From the NCBI GenBank assembly GCA_030693325.1, contig JAUYAV010000011.1, positions 109,603 to 173,602 of the forward strand: a stretch of DNA of 64,000 nucleotides, in the 5' to 3' direction. The notes beneath the pieces were generated by a model. The model saw only the letters and a list, made by a program, of their open reading frames with translations, had not been told where the DNA came from and searched no databases. Below are positions 1 to 10,090 of the stretch, piece after piece. This stretch comes from a bacterium. Its GTDB lineage: Bacteria; Patescibacteriota; Minisyncoccia; UBA6257; MFKM01. Position 1 is the first letter of the stretch, and every line of letters starts with the position of its first letter. The translations under genes were made by a program, and so were the position numbers.

Positions 1-920
1 AAGATAGCGCTTTTTATTTTCTCCTTGTTGTCCGGGTCAACTAAAATCCCCAATTTACCATTAAGAAGGGCGTCGCGCGAGCCGTCTTTGTTACCCGCGA
101 TAACAGGCGTACCGCAAGCCATGGCCTCTAAAAACACTATACCAAAACCCTCCTTTTTAGAAAGCATAGCAAAAACATCGGCTAAGTTGTAATAGTCAGC
201 CAACTCATCATCCGGTACGTATCCCGTCAATACAACATCCTTCTCAACTCCTACTTTTTTGATAAGTTTTTCAATTCTTTCTATATCGTCCCCTCCGCCG
301 ACTAAAAAGTATTTAATATTGCAATCTTCCTCTTTTATCTCCGGAAGTATTTCAATAATCTTATCATAACCTTTGCGCTGTTCAGTGGAATCCAACCTAG
401 CCACGGTTAAAATTATTTTACTATTGTTGCTCAAACCATATTTTCTAATTAAATCTTGGGGTCGTCTTGCAATAAAAAATTTATCTTCATCAAATGTGGG
501 TGATAAAAAGTATAATTTATTTTCAATATTCGGCAGGGTTGCTTTTAAAAATCCCGCCGTAAAATCAGATATAGTCACGACTACGTCCGCGCCGTTCAGC
601 CCCCTGATTGCAACCCGGTTTTTTAAATCCCAAACTTCTATGCCGTATGTAAAAACAATATATTTCAAACTAAAAAGATTGTTTAAAAGTATGCACAAGG
701 GGGCAAAATTAATGTGAGTGCAGAAAATAACATCCGGTTTTTTAAAAACAGCAGCGAAAATACTTTTCAAAACAAAAATTGGCTTACCTAAAAAATGGGA
801 CGGTCTTTCAACTAAAAAAACTTTGGCGTTATTGTTTTTTAAGGCCATTAGAAGGTCTTTATTATACCGCTGGATACCGCCGGTTTTGCTAAGGTCTGAA
901 GATAAAAATAGTATTTTCAT
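1..920 (-). CDS. Glycosyltransferase family 4 (GT-B), 3' end runs off the window
   Basis: Manual translation of the minus strand from ATG at 920: MKILFLSSDLSKTGGIQRY...ILTVARLDSTEQRKGYDKII...KKEGFGIVFLEAMACGTPVIAG (GT4 E-x7-E motif). Not in the ORF track because it is truncated. Confidence 0.9.
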   Translation of the reverse strand, partial: MKILFLSSDLSKTGGIQRYNKDLLMALKNNNAKVFLVERPSHFLGKPIFVLKSIFAAVFKKPDVIFCTHINFAPLCILLNNLFSLKYIVFTYGIEVWDLKNRVAIRGLNGADVVVTISDFTAGFLKATLPNIENKLYFLSPTFDEDKFFIARRPQDLIRKYGLSNNSKIILTVARLDSTEQRKGYDKIIEILPEIKEEDCNIKYFLVGGGDDIERIEKLIKKVGVEKDVVLTGYVPDDELADYYNLADVFAMLSKKEGFGIVFLEAMACGTPVIAGNKDGSRDALLNGKLGILVDPDNKEKIKSAI

Positions 921-944
921 ACTTGACGCAGTTCTTTAAGATAC

Positions 945-1754
945 CTATCGACGATGAGAATTCATCCGCAACTTCTCATTAGCCTCATCCACTTCTTTAA
1001 GCAAAGACAAATTAACCCGAAGTTTTTCGGCAAGCTGAACAAAGGACTTGGTGTCCTTGATAAGACAGCCGCCGCTATAGCCCCGATAACCGTCGGTAAA
1101 AATATTAAAATGGCTTGAGCCGATTCTCGGGTCCCAGCCGACGCATTCTTTTATCACTTCAAAATCTATTCCGCCGAGTTTCTGGCATAAATCATAAATT
1201 TGGTTGGCGAAAATAACCCGGGCAGCCAAAAAAGTGTTGGAAAAATATTTGATCATTTCCGTTTCCCGGGCCTTGATGATTTTCGAATGCGGCGCCTGAG
1301 GAAGAATTTTTAAAATTTTCGGCGCCAATCGCCTGCTTTTTAAGTTAGTGTAGCCGACGAGCTGTTTTTCAGGTTTCAAAAAATCCTTGATGGCGGTTTT
1401 AGCTCTTAAAAATTCGGGATTATGCAAAAGAATTTTCCGGGGATGCTGTTTTTGAAATTTATCGGTTGAGCCGGGGAGAATCGTTGATTTTAAAACCACG
1501 ATTTTTTTATCCCGGATATTTTCAAGAGCCTTCCCGACTTCGGAATCGTCATAGCCCCGGCCGTTGTCATAAAAAGGCGTCGGCACCGCCACAAAAATAA
1601 TTTCGGCCCGGTTGATTTCGTTTTCCGACCCGATATTTTTATATTTATCGTAAGAAAAAACCTCATATTTTCCGGGTTGTTTTTCAAACCAATGCCGCAA
1701 CGCGCCGCCGACATAACCCAAACCAATAATACCAACTTTTGTTTTTTTTGCCAT
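945..1754 (-). CDS. UDP-glucose/GDP-mannose dehydrogenase family protein (short form lacking the C-terminal UDP-binding domain)
   Basis: Rossmann motif GIIGLGYVG, KSTILPG, HNPEFL and GYSGGCLIKD catalytic Cys motif; 269 aa. Confidence 0.85.
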   Translation of the reverse strand: MAKKTKVGIIGLGYVGGALRHWFEKQPGKYEVFSYDKYKNIGSENEINRAEIIFVAVPTPFYDNGRGYDDSEVGKALENIRDKKIVVLKSTILPGSTDKFQKQHPRKILLHNPEFLRAKTAIKDFLKPEKQLVGYTNLKSRRLAPKILKILPQAPHSKIIKARETEMIKYFSNTFLAARVIFANQIYDLCQKLGGIDFEVIKECVGWDPRIGSSHFNIFTDGYRGYSGGCLIKDTKSFVQLAEKLRVNLSLLKEVDEANEKLRMNSHRR

Positions 1755-1766
1755 TTTTATAATTAA

Positions 1767-2390
1767 TTATAACGACTGGATAATTGTTTTAATTTTTTCA
1801 TTGTCCGGCCAATATTTAAGAATAATTTCTCCTATTTCTTTTGTTTTTTCTTTATCCCCCGCCATTTGATAAATATTAAAAAGTCCTTCAAGGAAAATAA
1901 AACGATTGGAACTATTTTCTAAACCCAATTTTAGCATATCAACGCTTTTTTGAAGATAAACATTACTGTTTAATTTCTGGGCGGCTAATTCGTAAAGTCG
2001 GGCAAAGGCATAGAGATTCTGGCTATAGCCGAATCCTTTGCCTGCTTTAAGAATCGGCTCCATTGTATTTTCGGCCTGCTTGGTTAAAATTTCAATTATA
2101 TTTTTATCGGTCTGCTGGCTTATTACATTAGCCAGAATATTTAAATATTGAGAAGAAATCTCATCTTGGCCGATGGGTGAATAAAAATTTAAAGCCGACG
2201 CGAAAGCCGTATCAAAATCCTGGATGGAGCGAATTTTTCCCGATTGAAGGTCAGACATAGCTTTGATAAAAAGCTGGCTTTTTCTCAAGGGCAAATAAGA
2301 GCCAAAGTACATTACTGTGACGATCAGTAAAGATAATGTTGTTGCTATTATGAGTTTGTATGATTTAAACATAAATGTAATAATTTTCAA
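1767..2390 (-). CDS. Membrane-anchored TPR-like protein resembling the C-terminal part of the 774-aa ligase paralog (start probably 2372)
   Basis: N-terminal TM helix followed by helical repeats. Confidence 0.55.
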   Translation of the reverse strand: MKIITFMFKSYKLIIATTLSLLIVTVMYFGSYLPLRKSQLFIKAMSDLQSGKIRSIQDFDTAFASALNFYSPIGQDEISSQYLNILANVISQQTDKNIIEILTKQAENTMEPILKAGKGFGYSQNLYAFARLYELAAQKLNSNVYLQKSVDMLKLGLENSSNRFIFLEGLFNIYQMAGDKEKTKEIGEIILKYWPDNEKIKTIIQSL

Positions 2391-2411
2391 TTTTGAATGA
2401 ATGCCTTAATT

Positions 2412-3734
2412 TTAAAATTTATTATTAAATTTGTAATTTGCAAAGGCCAAAAACAGGAAAAGATTAATGTAAATCGGCAAAACTTCAAAGAGAACAACGC
2501 CTTGAACCAAATAAGCTATAGGGAGAGCAAATATCAGCGCGGACTGATACGGACTTAACGCTGATTTGCGCATCTTTTTTAAAAATTGCCAATAGAAAAC
2601 AATAAAAATTGAAAGATAACTTAACAGCCCCAAAATGCCGGTTGTTGTCAAATAATCGAAAAAAATGTTGTGAGCGCGGTCGAACCAAACCGTAAATTGC
2701 GGCAGATGATATTTTTCAATAGCCGGACTGAAATTCTCCGGCCCCCAGCCGAGAATCGGCCTTTCTTCAAAAATTTTAATTGATTGTTTCCAGAGAAAAA
2801 ATCGCGTTTGTAAATTTTCGGTGCTTAAATTGATATCCAAAATTCTATTTCCACCCTGGCCTTCATTTTTACAAAAAGGCATTAGATCTATGGAACTGCG
2901 ATATTTGAATCCTAGCCATCCAAAAATTATCAAAACAATAATTACAAACAAAATTATTTTCCGGACGCGGCCGGATGGCAGACGGAAAAAGAGATAAGAC
3001 AAACCGGCTAAAACACCGGCGGCCAATCCCAAAAATGCTCCCCGGGTTCCGGAAAAAATCAGAATTATCAAAAATAAAACCATTAAACTCCCCCAAAGCC
3101 ATTTTTTCAAAGACGCAAACTTATGCGGACCGGACGCGGACTGGCGCAGGCCATTAATAAGCAGATAGCCGGCGTAGAACAAAGCGAAAATCATAAAAGT
3201 GCCGATGTAAGCCGAATTTCCCAAAGAACCGGCGAACCGCTCACAAATACCAGGACCTATAAAACCAGATATTTTCAAAGCGGCGGCGAATCCATAGGCA
3301 ATTACCAAAACCGCCACCAACGCCGAAACAATAAACATTCTCCGCCAGGCCTTTTCATCTCTAAAGAGTAAACCTAATAAAACGAAGAAAATAAAAAGAT
3401 GCAGCATCTGCAATCCGCCTTCTCCACGCTCAAAATTGGACCAGAAAGAAGCGGAAGGATCATAACCTAAAAATCCCGCCAGCAAAAATATCAAAGTAAA
3501 AACCGAAACCGCGATTACCAAGGGGGTTAAAATTTTTAATTTTAACTTTGAAAATTGAAATTCTCCCCTCACCCAAGCCCAAAGAAAAAATATCAGGGCT
3601 AATTCCACCACTACCCGGAAAAAGACATATTTGCCGACAATAAAAGGAAATAGAGTGCTTCGGGAAACAATCAAAACAGTAAAAGGCACCAAATAAAGGA
3701 AAAATTTTGAAAGTTTTGAAAATAAATTAATCAT
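2412..3734 (-). CDS. O-antigen ligase / O-oligosaccharyltransferase (Wzy_C) family protein
   Basis: Polytopic membrane protein with SGTRGA, RPILGWGPENF and DRAHN motifs. Confidence 0.85.
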   Translation of the reverse strand: MINLFSKLSKFFLYLVPFTVLIVSRSTLFPFIVGKYVFFRVVVELALIFFLWAWVRGEFQFSKLKLKILTPLVIAVSVFTLIFLLAGFLGYDPSASFWSNFERGEGGLQMLHLFIFFVLLGLLFRDEKAWRRMFIVSALVAVLVIAYGFAAALKISGFIGPGICERFAGSLGNSAYIGTFMIFALFYAGYLLINGLRQSASGPHKFASLKKWLWGSLMVLFLIILIFSGTRGAFLGLAAGVLAGLSYLFFRLPSGRVRKIILFVIIVLIIFGWLGFKYRSSIDLMPFCKNEGQGGNRILDINLSTENLQTRFFLWKQSIKIFEERPILGWGPENFSPAIEKYHLPQFTVWFDRAHNIFFDYLTTTGILGLLSYLSIFIVFYWQFLKKMRKSALSPYQSALIFALPIAYLVQGVVLFEVLPIYINLFLFLAFANYKFNNKF

Positions 3735-3741
3735 ATAACCA

Positions 3742-6066
3742 TCACAAGCCTAAATCTTCAATAATCGGCTTAACTGTTTCAAAAGACGGCGATTTTTTAA
3801 ATTCCGGCAAAGCGTCTAAGATCTGTTTTAGACGAAAGCGAGCATTACCTCGGTCGCCGGAATAAAAATAAACCATTCCCAGCTTAAGCTGCGAATCCAA
3901 ATCATCTTGATTATAGCTTATGGCGGTCAGATACATATAAATAGCTTTTTCGTAATCACCGGCGTCTCCATAATAATTACCAAGCACTCTCGCTTCTCCG
4001 TTGTTTTGCGGTCCGCGTCCCAATTTTTTGGCTCGTTCTATTTCGGCGAAGCCAAGTTCTCTTTCGCCGGCTTCAAGTAAAGTAAACCCGTAGTAAAAAT
4101 GCGGGTCAGCCGCTTCCGGGTCCAGCTCCACCGCTTTTTTCATCAATTCAACCGCCGCAGATTTTTCGCCTTCGATGACTTTAATTTTCGCCAAAGTGTA
4201 ATAAATTTCCTGCCGTTGAGGGCTCAATTTCAAGGATTGCGCGCCTTGCTCTTCCCCTGCTTTCAAATAAGCGGAATTGAAAACATAAAAGACTGAACTT
4301 AAATTGGCAAAAGTCAAACGCAAAGCACCATCATTCGGCTGGCTATTAATCGCTAAAGCCAATTCCGACATCGCTTTGGCGGAAACCTTTTCAATTTCGG
4401 GAATAAATATTCCTTGGGAATAAATATCGGAAACTGCTGAAGCAAAATCTTTTCTGATGTCATTGGTATACGGATTAGGGGTGGACAAAGACTGGGCGTA
4501 AGCAACAAGAGCCGAAGCAGACATACGGTTCAGAAAATAGTTTAATCCCCAGTATTGGCGATTATTGGCGTAAAGCGATTTGTAATTTACAAAATAAATG
4601 GGGATAAACGACACCAAAACCAACAAAACGATAACAATTGCTTTGATATAAGAATTCGGCAAATTTTGTTTTTTTTCTATTTTATTTTCGTTTGCGTCAT
4701 CTTTGTGTTTATAATTCCCATCTATAAAAGCCAGTAAAATAAAAAACATCAGATAAGAACCAAAGGTGTCAAAAAGAAAAAAATTCTGCGCTAAATAAGC
4801 TATCAACATCGCCATTAAAAATGGCGATGCGCTGATTAATGCCGATTCTGGCTGATTGATGCTGATATTTTTATCCGCATAAATCAGCTTTTTATCAGCA
4901 CCTATCAGCTTTTTAAACGCAACAATAAAAATTCCCAAGTAAGCCATAAAACCAAGAATACCGGTATTAATCAGATATTCCAAAAAAACATTATGGGGTT
5001 TGTCCCAATAAGTCCCGCTAAAATCAAACCTCAAAAGGCGGGGGTCATAATGGCGGTCAAATGGATACTTAAAATTCTCAAAACCGAATCCCAAAATTGG
5101 CCGCTCCAAAAACGATTGCCACCCTATTTTTAGGGCAATAAAACGCGGTTCCGTTTCTGCGGGCCGGCTCAAAGCGAAAAACTCGGTAGCCCGCCTTAAA
5201 CTGGGAATTTTTTCCCAGAAATGAGCGGTTCGGGTAAACCAAAAAACGCCGATGCAAACAATGATAATTACCAAAAAAAACGCTGATAATTTCCGAATAC
5301 TTAATTTGGAAAAAACCGGAATATCCGCGAAATTTTGCCGGCGGGAAACCGAAAAATAAATAAGCAAAAAAATAATTCCTATCATAACGCCCAGAAGCGC
5401 CGCTCTTGTTTCCGTTAGAAATATCGCCCAAACATTCAGCATGGTCAAAATCCCAATTAAAATTGGCATAATTTTATTGGCGCCTTTCCGCAAAAATTCA
5501 AAAAACAGCCAAAGGCCGATAAAAATATGGAAAAAAATGTAAGAAGCCGTGAAAGAAGAGTTGCCAAAAAAAACGCCGGGCCGGATATTGGAAGTTATAA
5601 ATAAATTGCCGTCTATTAATTTCAACCCAACGCCGATAGTGGTAAGGGCAATTATGGAACTTACTATAAAAGAAAAACCAAGATATTTTTTCCAATTAAT
5701 TTCCCGCCATAAACCGGAGAGAACGATAAACAGCGCTCCAAAATGAAAAAGCGCTATTAGCCCTAAAGCCCGGGCTTGAACCGACCATAAGCTCCGATGC
5801 CAATCAAGGCCAAAGATTGAGGAAATAATTAAAAGAATGAAAAACAAACCAAGGATTATTTTTAAGGGCGTGAATCGCGGCCGGTATTCTTTGTGAAAAA
5901 TAATCAAACCAAGCCACAAAGCGAAAATGATTTCCATCAGGGAGAAAAAAACAAAAACCTTGAGCGTATTAAAAGGGTACATCAAGCTCCGGCTAAAAAT
6001 TAAAGGGATAAAAAGAACGGCATAAAGCAAAAACTTAATAACCTTAATCAAAATTTCTTTTTTCAT
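3742..6066 (-). CDS. O-antigen ligase (Wzy_C) family protein with C-terminal TPRs
   Basis: TETRAA, RPILGFGFENF and DKPHN motifs; TPR-like C-terminus (KAVELDPEAADPHFYYG). Confidence 0.85.
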   Translation of the reverse strand: MKKEILIKVIKFLLYAVLFIPLIFSRSLMYPFNTLKVFVFFSLMEIIFALWLGLIIFHKEYRPRFTPLKIILGLFFILLIISSIFGLDWHRSLWSVQARALGLIALFHFGALFIVLSGLWREINWKKYLGFSFIVSSIIALTTIGVGLKLIDGNLFITSNIRPGVFFGNSSFTASYIFFHIFIGLWLFFEFLRKGANKIMPILIGILTMLNVWAIFLTETRAALLGVMIGIIFLLIYFSVSRRQNFADIPVFSKLSIRKLSAFFLVIIIVCIGVFWFTRTAHFWEKIPSLRRATEFFALSRPAETEPRFIALKIGWQSFLERPILGFGFENFKYPFDRHYDPRLLRFDFSGTYWDKPHNVFLEYLINTGILGFMAYLGIFIVAFKKLIGADKKLIYADKNISINQPESALISASPFLMAMLIAYLAQNFFLFDTFGSYLMFFILLAFIDGNYKHKDDANENKIEKKQNLPNSYIKAIVIVLLVLVSFIPIYFVNYKSLYANNRQYWGLNYFLNRMSASALVAYAQSLSTPNPYTNDIRKDFASAVSDIYSQGIFIPEIEKVSAKAMSELALAINSQPNDGALRLTFANLSSVFYVFNSAYLKAGEEQGAQSLKLSPQRQEIYYTLAKIKVIEGEKSAAVELMKKAVELDPEAADPHFYYGFTLLEAGERELGFAEIERAKKLGRGPQNNGEARVLGNYYGDAGDYEKAIYMYLTAISYNQDDLDSQLKLGMVYFYSGDRGNARFRLKQILDALPEFKKSPSFETVKPIIEDLGL

Positions 6067-6089
6067 TAAAATTAATTATATCACAGGAA

Positions 6090-6121
6090 AACCAAAAGCC
6101 GCCTTTCGGCGGCTTTTGGTT
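6090..6121 (-). terminator. Intrinsic terminator downstream of the S-layer-like gene
   Basis: Perfect hairpin aaccaaaagccgcc-tttc-ggcggcttttggtt. Confidence 0.8.
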
Positions 6122-6145
6122 CCTAAATCCGTCTCAAGGGTCGGA

Positions 6146-9100
6146 TTAGTATTGCGCGTCAGCAATAGTGAACGGAACAACGCTGGCTTCTATAGGAAGA
6201 CTGCCATTTATTCCATCATTCCATGTGACATCGGTGGCACCATTAATGGTTACTGACAGTGATTCACTCATACTGGCAACGTCATAGAAAGCGGAAGAAT
6301 CAACTCTCAATATAGTAGCCTGAGTAGCTCCTTTGGAAATAGTGAACGTAGGCGCAAAGGTAACATCGCAAGTGTTGCCGGCAGCCGGAGTACAGGTTTG
6401 CTGTGTGGCGCCGCCAAACGCTGTGGTGTCGCTCTTTAACAAGTCAACCTTGAATGCGGTTGAACCGCTGGAAACAGCAACGCCGGTAAATTTAACGGTA
6501 ACCGTTCCCAATATCACTGAACCGGCCGAATTGGCTGTCCAGTTTATGGTTGCCAAATTGTCAGTTGCTGTCCTGGTGCGGCCTGATGTCGCGCCAATTA
6601 AAGTGGAAGTAAAGGCCAATTTGGTTTTATACACCGTGATAGCGGTATCGCTGGCGGCCGAACCACTGATAGTGGCCGCGGTGTTAGAGTCGCTGCCAAT
6701 ACCGGTAATATCGGTTGAAGTAGCGTTAATTTTCCAGGTGTGAGTTGTGACAGATTTCGAACCTCCGGAATCATAGCTCGCCACATCGCCCTTAAGAGTT
6801 AAGGTAACAGTATCGTTCTTGGCAACAACCAACGGAGCGGCCAAACTGAAGAGCACCGTGGAAGTTGTCGTACCGACAACAGTCGCTCCCATCGGGCCGG
6901 CCAATAAAGTCGTACCGTTGTATAACTTCAGATTTTCAAATGAAGCTAATCCCGCGGTGTTTCCGGTAATGGTGTCGTAGAATTTGATGGCCGAAACCTT
7001 CATATCTTCGTAAGCATTACCAGCCAAGCTGATGGCGAACAAATCATTGTTGGTTTGCGACATTACCACCTGTTTTGCCGATGGCGTGGTTGAATCAAGC
7101 GCTAAAGTCAAAGTAGCGCCGGAAGCAATAGTTACATCCGGACCGGCAACTCCACCGGTTGGAGAAAAAGTAATGGCGCTGTTGGAAACCAAACCCGTGG
7201 CTGTCCAAGCAGTCAAGTCAATAGCAGTAGCTTCGGTTTCAGCAGTGGCAAGAAGGTCGGTATAAACATCAACTATTACCGAACCTCCGGCCGCAACCGT
7301 AATCGGGATAGCGCCTGAAAATTGCATCGCCGTTTCCGCGGCAGTCTTGCTGACTGTCGCCTTGGTCACGCCGAATTGAACGCCTCCAACCATTACTTTC
7401 AAGTTCTGGATGTGAAGGGTAAACGCGTCCTTGTCAAAAGTTAAGGTTGAAACTTTAGCGCCTTCAGCTGAAGAAGCGGTTAAAGTGAAAGAAGCGATTC
7501 TCTTGTTGTTGCCTCCAGCTACATAAGTCGGGGCGCCAAAAGCGGTGTTCAAAGCCGCTGTTAACGGTGAAGAAACAACCGTCAAAGTGCTACCGCTTCG
7601 TGAACCAGTGGTAGCAGTCGCGAAAGAGGTTTGACCCTCTAAGTTATTTGCATTACCAGGCAAAGAGCCGGTAAGTGAAGTAACGTCGGCAGAACTACCA
7701 ATATCAGCTTTAAGTGAAAGTATTCTGGTAGTGTTCGCTGGAACAATGTAATTGATTGCCGAAGCGCTGGTACCAAAGTGACACTTTATGGAAGTAGCCG
7801 CTAAGGTACATGTGCCGTTGGTGGTTCCGCCAGCAACTGTGCTGATGGTATTACCAACCTGATTGCCGGCATCGTCAATTATTTTGATGTTTTTAACATC
7901 ATCGGTGACATTACCGATGGTCTCCCAAGTGGCGCTACCAGCTTCGGTAATTGTCGCATCCAAAAATTTCACTTTTACAGCTTCACCCGCCGCATATACG
8001 GCGAATTTAGCCAAAGTGACATTAGAAGCGCCAATCGGAATACTTCCGGTTGGTGAGTCTGACGCCAAAGAAACTGTGATTGAGCCCGTACCAATGGTTA
8101 CTTGGGTTGAGTAGGTATCAGTAAAAGTGCCGGAGATTCCGGTGTTGTACTGGCTATCAACCAAATAAATATCATAGGGTCTCAAGACATACCAAGTCAT
8201 AGTCCGGCTTGGGCTGCCCATTACATCAACCGACACTCCCAAAGTGGAGTTACCGGTCGGTAACTTGACATCCGAGGAAGACAAGTCAAAAACAACTGTC
8301 CCATCGGAACCAACGCTGGCAACTGTTGAGCCAATCTGAGTACCGTTAAGGGTCAGTTTGGCATTCTTTAAATCACCCATACTGACTGAGCCAACAACGG
8401 TGTATTTGATTGTTTTAAGAGCAACCGCGCTGTTGTCGACAGTGACAGTGGCATTGCTAACATTGACGCCCATAGTACCGGCATCAACGGTCGCGCCCAC
8501 GGCCTGGTGATCAATAGTGACCGTCGCCAAAGAAGGATTAGTGACAGTAGTAACTGTCAAAGTGTTGGAGCTAACCGGCAAACCGCTGAAAGTAACGCCA
8601 GCCGCTGTGGCTGAAGTTAACTGCCAGGCGATATTGTTGCCCGCGCTCGCGCTTGTGGACAAATCCATTCTCAAAGCGATGGTGCGGGTAGCACCGGCGC
8701 TGATATCAAACAATTTAGTGGCTGAAAAAGTCGCCACTCCGCTTGACAGAGAATTGTATTGAGCGATAACCGCTCCGGTTTCATCCGCCAAGTAAAGGTT
8801 GTTGATATTGCTGTCGCTGGTTACACCAATTTTGGTGAGTTTTATTTCAGTAACAGTAGCAGCGCTTAAAGCTGAAAAAACAAATTTACCAACTACCATA
8901 TTCCCGGCTCCGGCAATAACGCTGCCAGTCGGGGAATCAGAAGCCAACGAAACGGATGTGTTCGTGACTGCTGGCGCGCCCGGAGTTGTCGGAGTGGTCG
9001 GGGTTGTTGGGGTTGTTGGAGTGGTTACAGCCACTGACGCAACATAAGCCCGAGTCTTGGGTCCAAAATATCCGGCTGGAGGAGTAATTCCTTTAGCCGC

Positions 9101-9460
9101 CTGATATTTCGCCAAAGCCGCCTGTGTCAATGAACCGAAATAAGTGGTTTCATTGCCAACTGAACCAGCTCCGGAAGCAGCTACCGCATATCCTGAAGCA
9201 TTCAAGAGCTGCTGCAAAGCCATAACATCATCGCCTTTTGAACCAAGGGTGAGGTCCTTAGTGAAAGTGTATGAAGTCGTTTGCGTGGTACCTTGAGCCG
9301 TAGCTAATTGAGTCTGTAATAACTGAATTGATGCCAATAAGGCATTGATCTGTGTTTGGAGTTCGCTAACGGTAGCTGCTCCTACCGGCATCATCAATGA
9401 ACCGGAAAGAAAAACAGCTGTCGTCAATGAAATCGCAATTGAACTAATTTTTCTACTCAT
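6146..9460 (-). CDS. Large secreted S-layer-like surface protein with N-terminal peptidoglycan-binding domain
   Basis: Signal peptide, coiled coil, PG_binding_1-like segment (LTLGSKGDDVMALQQLL...YFGSLTQAALAKYQ...GYFGPKTRA), (PTT)n linker and T/S/A/V/G-rich beta-sandwich repeats; 1104 aa. Confidence 0.8.
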   Translation of the reverse strand: MSRKISSIAISLTTAVFLSGSLMMPVGAATVSELQTQINALLASIQLLQTQLATAQGTTQTTSYTFTKDLTLGSKGDDVMALQQLLNASGYAVAASGAGSVGNETTYFGSLTQAALAKYQAAKGITPPAGYFGPKTRAYVASVAVTTPTTPTTPTTPTTPGAPAVTNTSVSLASDSPTGSVIAGAGNMVVGKFVFSALSAATVTEIKLTKIGVTSDSNINNLYLADETGAVIAQYNSLSSGVATFSATKLFDISAGATRTIALRMDLSTSASAGNNIAWQLTSATAAGVTFSGLPVSSNTLTVTTVTNPSLATVTIDHQAVGATVDAGTMGVNVSNATVTVDNSAVALKTIKYTVVGSVSMGDLKNAKLTLNGTQIGSTVASVGSDGTVVFDLSSSDVKLPTGNSTLGVSVDVMGSPSRTMTWYVLRPYDIYLVDSQYNTGISGTFTDTYSTQVTIGTGSITVSLASDSPTGSIPIGASNVTLAKFAVYAAGEAVKVKFLDATITEAGSATWETIGNVTDDVKNIKIIDDAGNQVGNTISTVAGGTTNGTCTLAATSIKCHFGTSASAINYIVPANTTRILSLKADIGSSADVTSLTGSLPGNANNLEGQTSFATATTGSRSGSTLTVVSSPLTAALNTAFGAPTYVAGGNNKRIASFTLTASSAEGAKVSTLTFDKDAFTLHIQNLKVMVGGVQFGVTKATVSKTAAETAMQFSGAIPITVAAGGSVIVDVYTDLLATAETEATAIDLTAWTATGLVSNSAITFSPTGGVAGPDVTIASGATLTLALDSTTPSAKQVVMSQTNNDLFAISLAGNAYEDMKVSAIKFYDTITGNTAGLASFENLKLYNGTTLLAGPMGATVVGTTTSTVLFSLAAPLVVAKNDTVTLTLKGDVASYDSGGSKSVTTHTWKINATSTDITGIGSDSNTAATISGSAASDTAITVYKTKLAFTSTLIGATSGRTRTATDNLATINWTANSAGSVILGTVTVKFTGVAVSSGSTAFKVDLLKSDTTAFGGATQQTCTPAAGNTCDVTFAPTFTISKGATQATILRVDSSAFYDVASMSESLSVTINGATDVTWNDGINGSLPIEASVVPFTIADAQY

Positions 9461-9591
9461 TTTTAATTAATTTTTAAATCGACTTAGAATTATTAATTTT
9501 TAATTTTTGGAAGATTATCACTTTTATTCATCGACCCGCCGCTAAGCTTGTGAGGTTAGTTAGCGGAATAAATAGAAGAATAATCCTAGTA

Positions 9592-9852
9592 TCATTTTTT
9601 AAAACTCACTAATTGTCGAAAATCTGCTTGTAATTCTTTAAATTGATCTTCTAATCTTTCAATACGGTTTTTATACTCATGGAAAATAATTTCCTCTAAC
9701 TGATCAAATCTTTTATTCATTTCGTACTCTAATAAATCAAATTTTTTATCAACCTTGCTAAATTTTATATTCATCTCTTCAAATCCCGAGTTTACCATCT
9801 TAGCCAAATCATCAAGGGTGATATTTTTTTTTAATTTTATATTTTTTTTCAT
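9592..9852 (-). CDS. Small coiled-coil hypothetical protein
   Basis: MKKNIKLKKNITLDDLAKMVNSGF... The ORF-track extension to 9954 runs through a repeat/terminator region and is unlikely to be real. Confidence 0.6.
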   Translation of the reverse strand: MKKNIKLKKNITLDDLAKMVNSGFEEMNIKFSKVDKKFDLLEYEMNKRFDQLEEIIFHEYKNRIERLEDQFKELQADFRQLVSFKK

Positions 9853-10090
9853 TTTGTAAATAAAAAATCTCACTTTGAAAAGTGAGACTGATTTCGCTTC
9901 ATGAAACATTAAGCTTGAAACATGAAACATTAAAAAATACGCTTCATGATTCATGTTTTATGCTCCATGAAAATACCGTTCAGCCTCACTTCTGAACCTT
10001 TCTATTATACTACACGCCAAATATATATCAACTGAGCTACCACTAAACTTGAACATATCGTAATAGTGATAACTATTAAATAGAACGGAA

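Noticed and set aside
373-939. Plus-strand ORFs 373-717 and 718-939
   Set aside because: They are antisense shadows of the GT4 gene on the minus strand
8980-9025. 9-nt periodic tract in the S-layer gene
   Set aside because: It encodes an ordinary (PTT)n linker with synonymous variation, so it is a protein-level repeat
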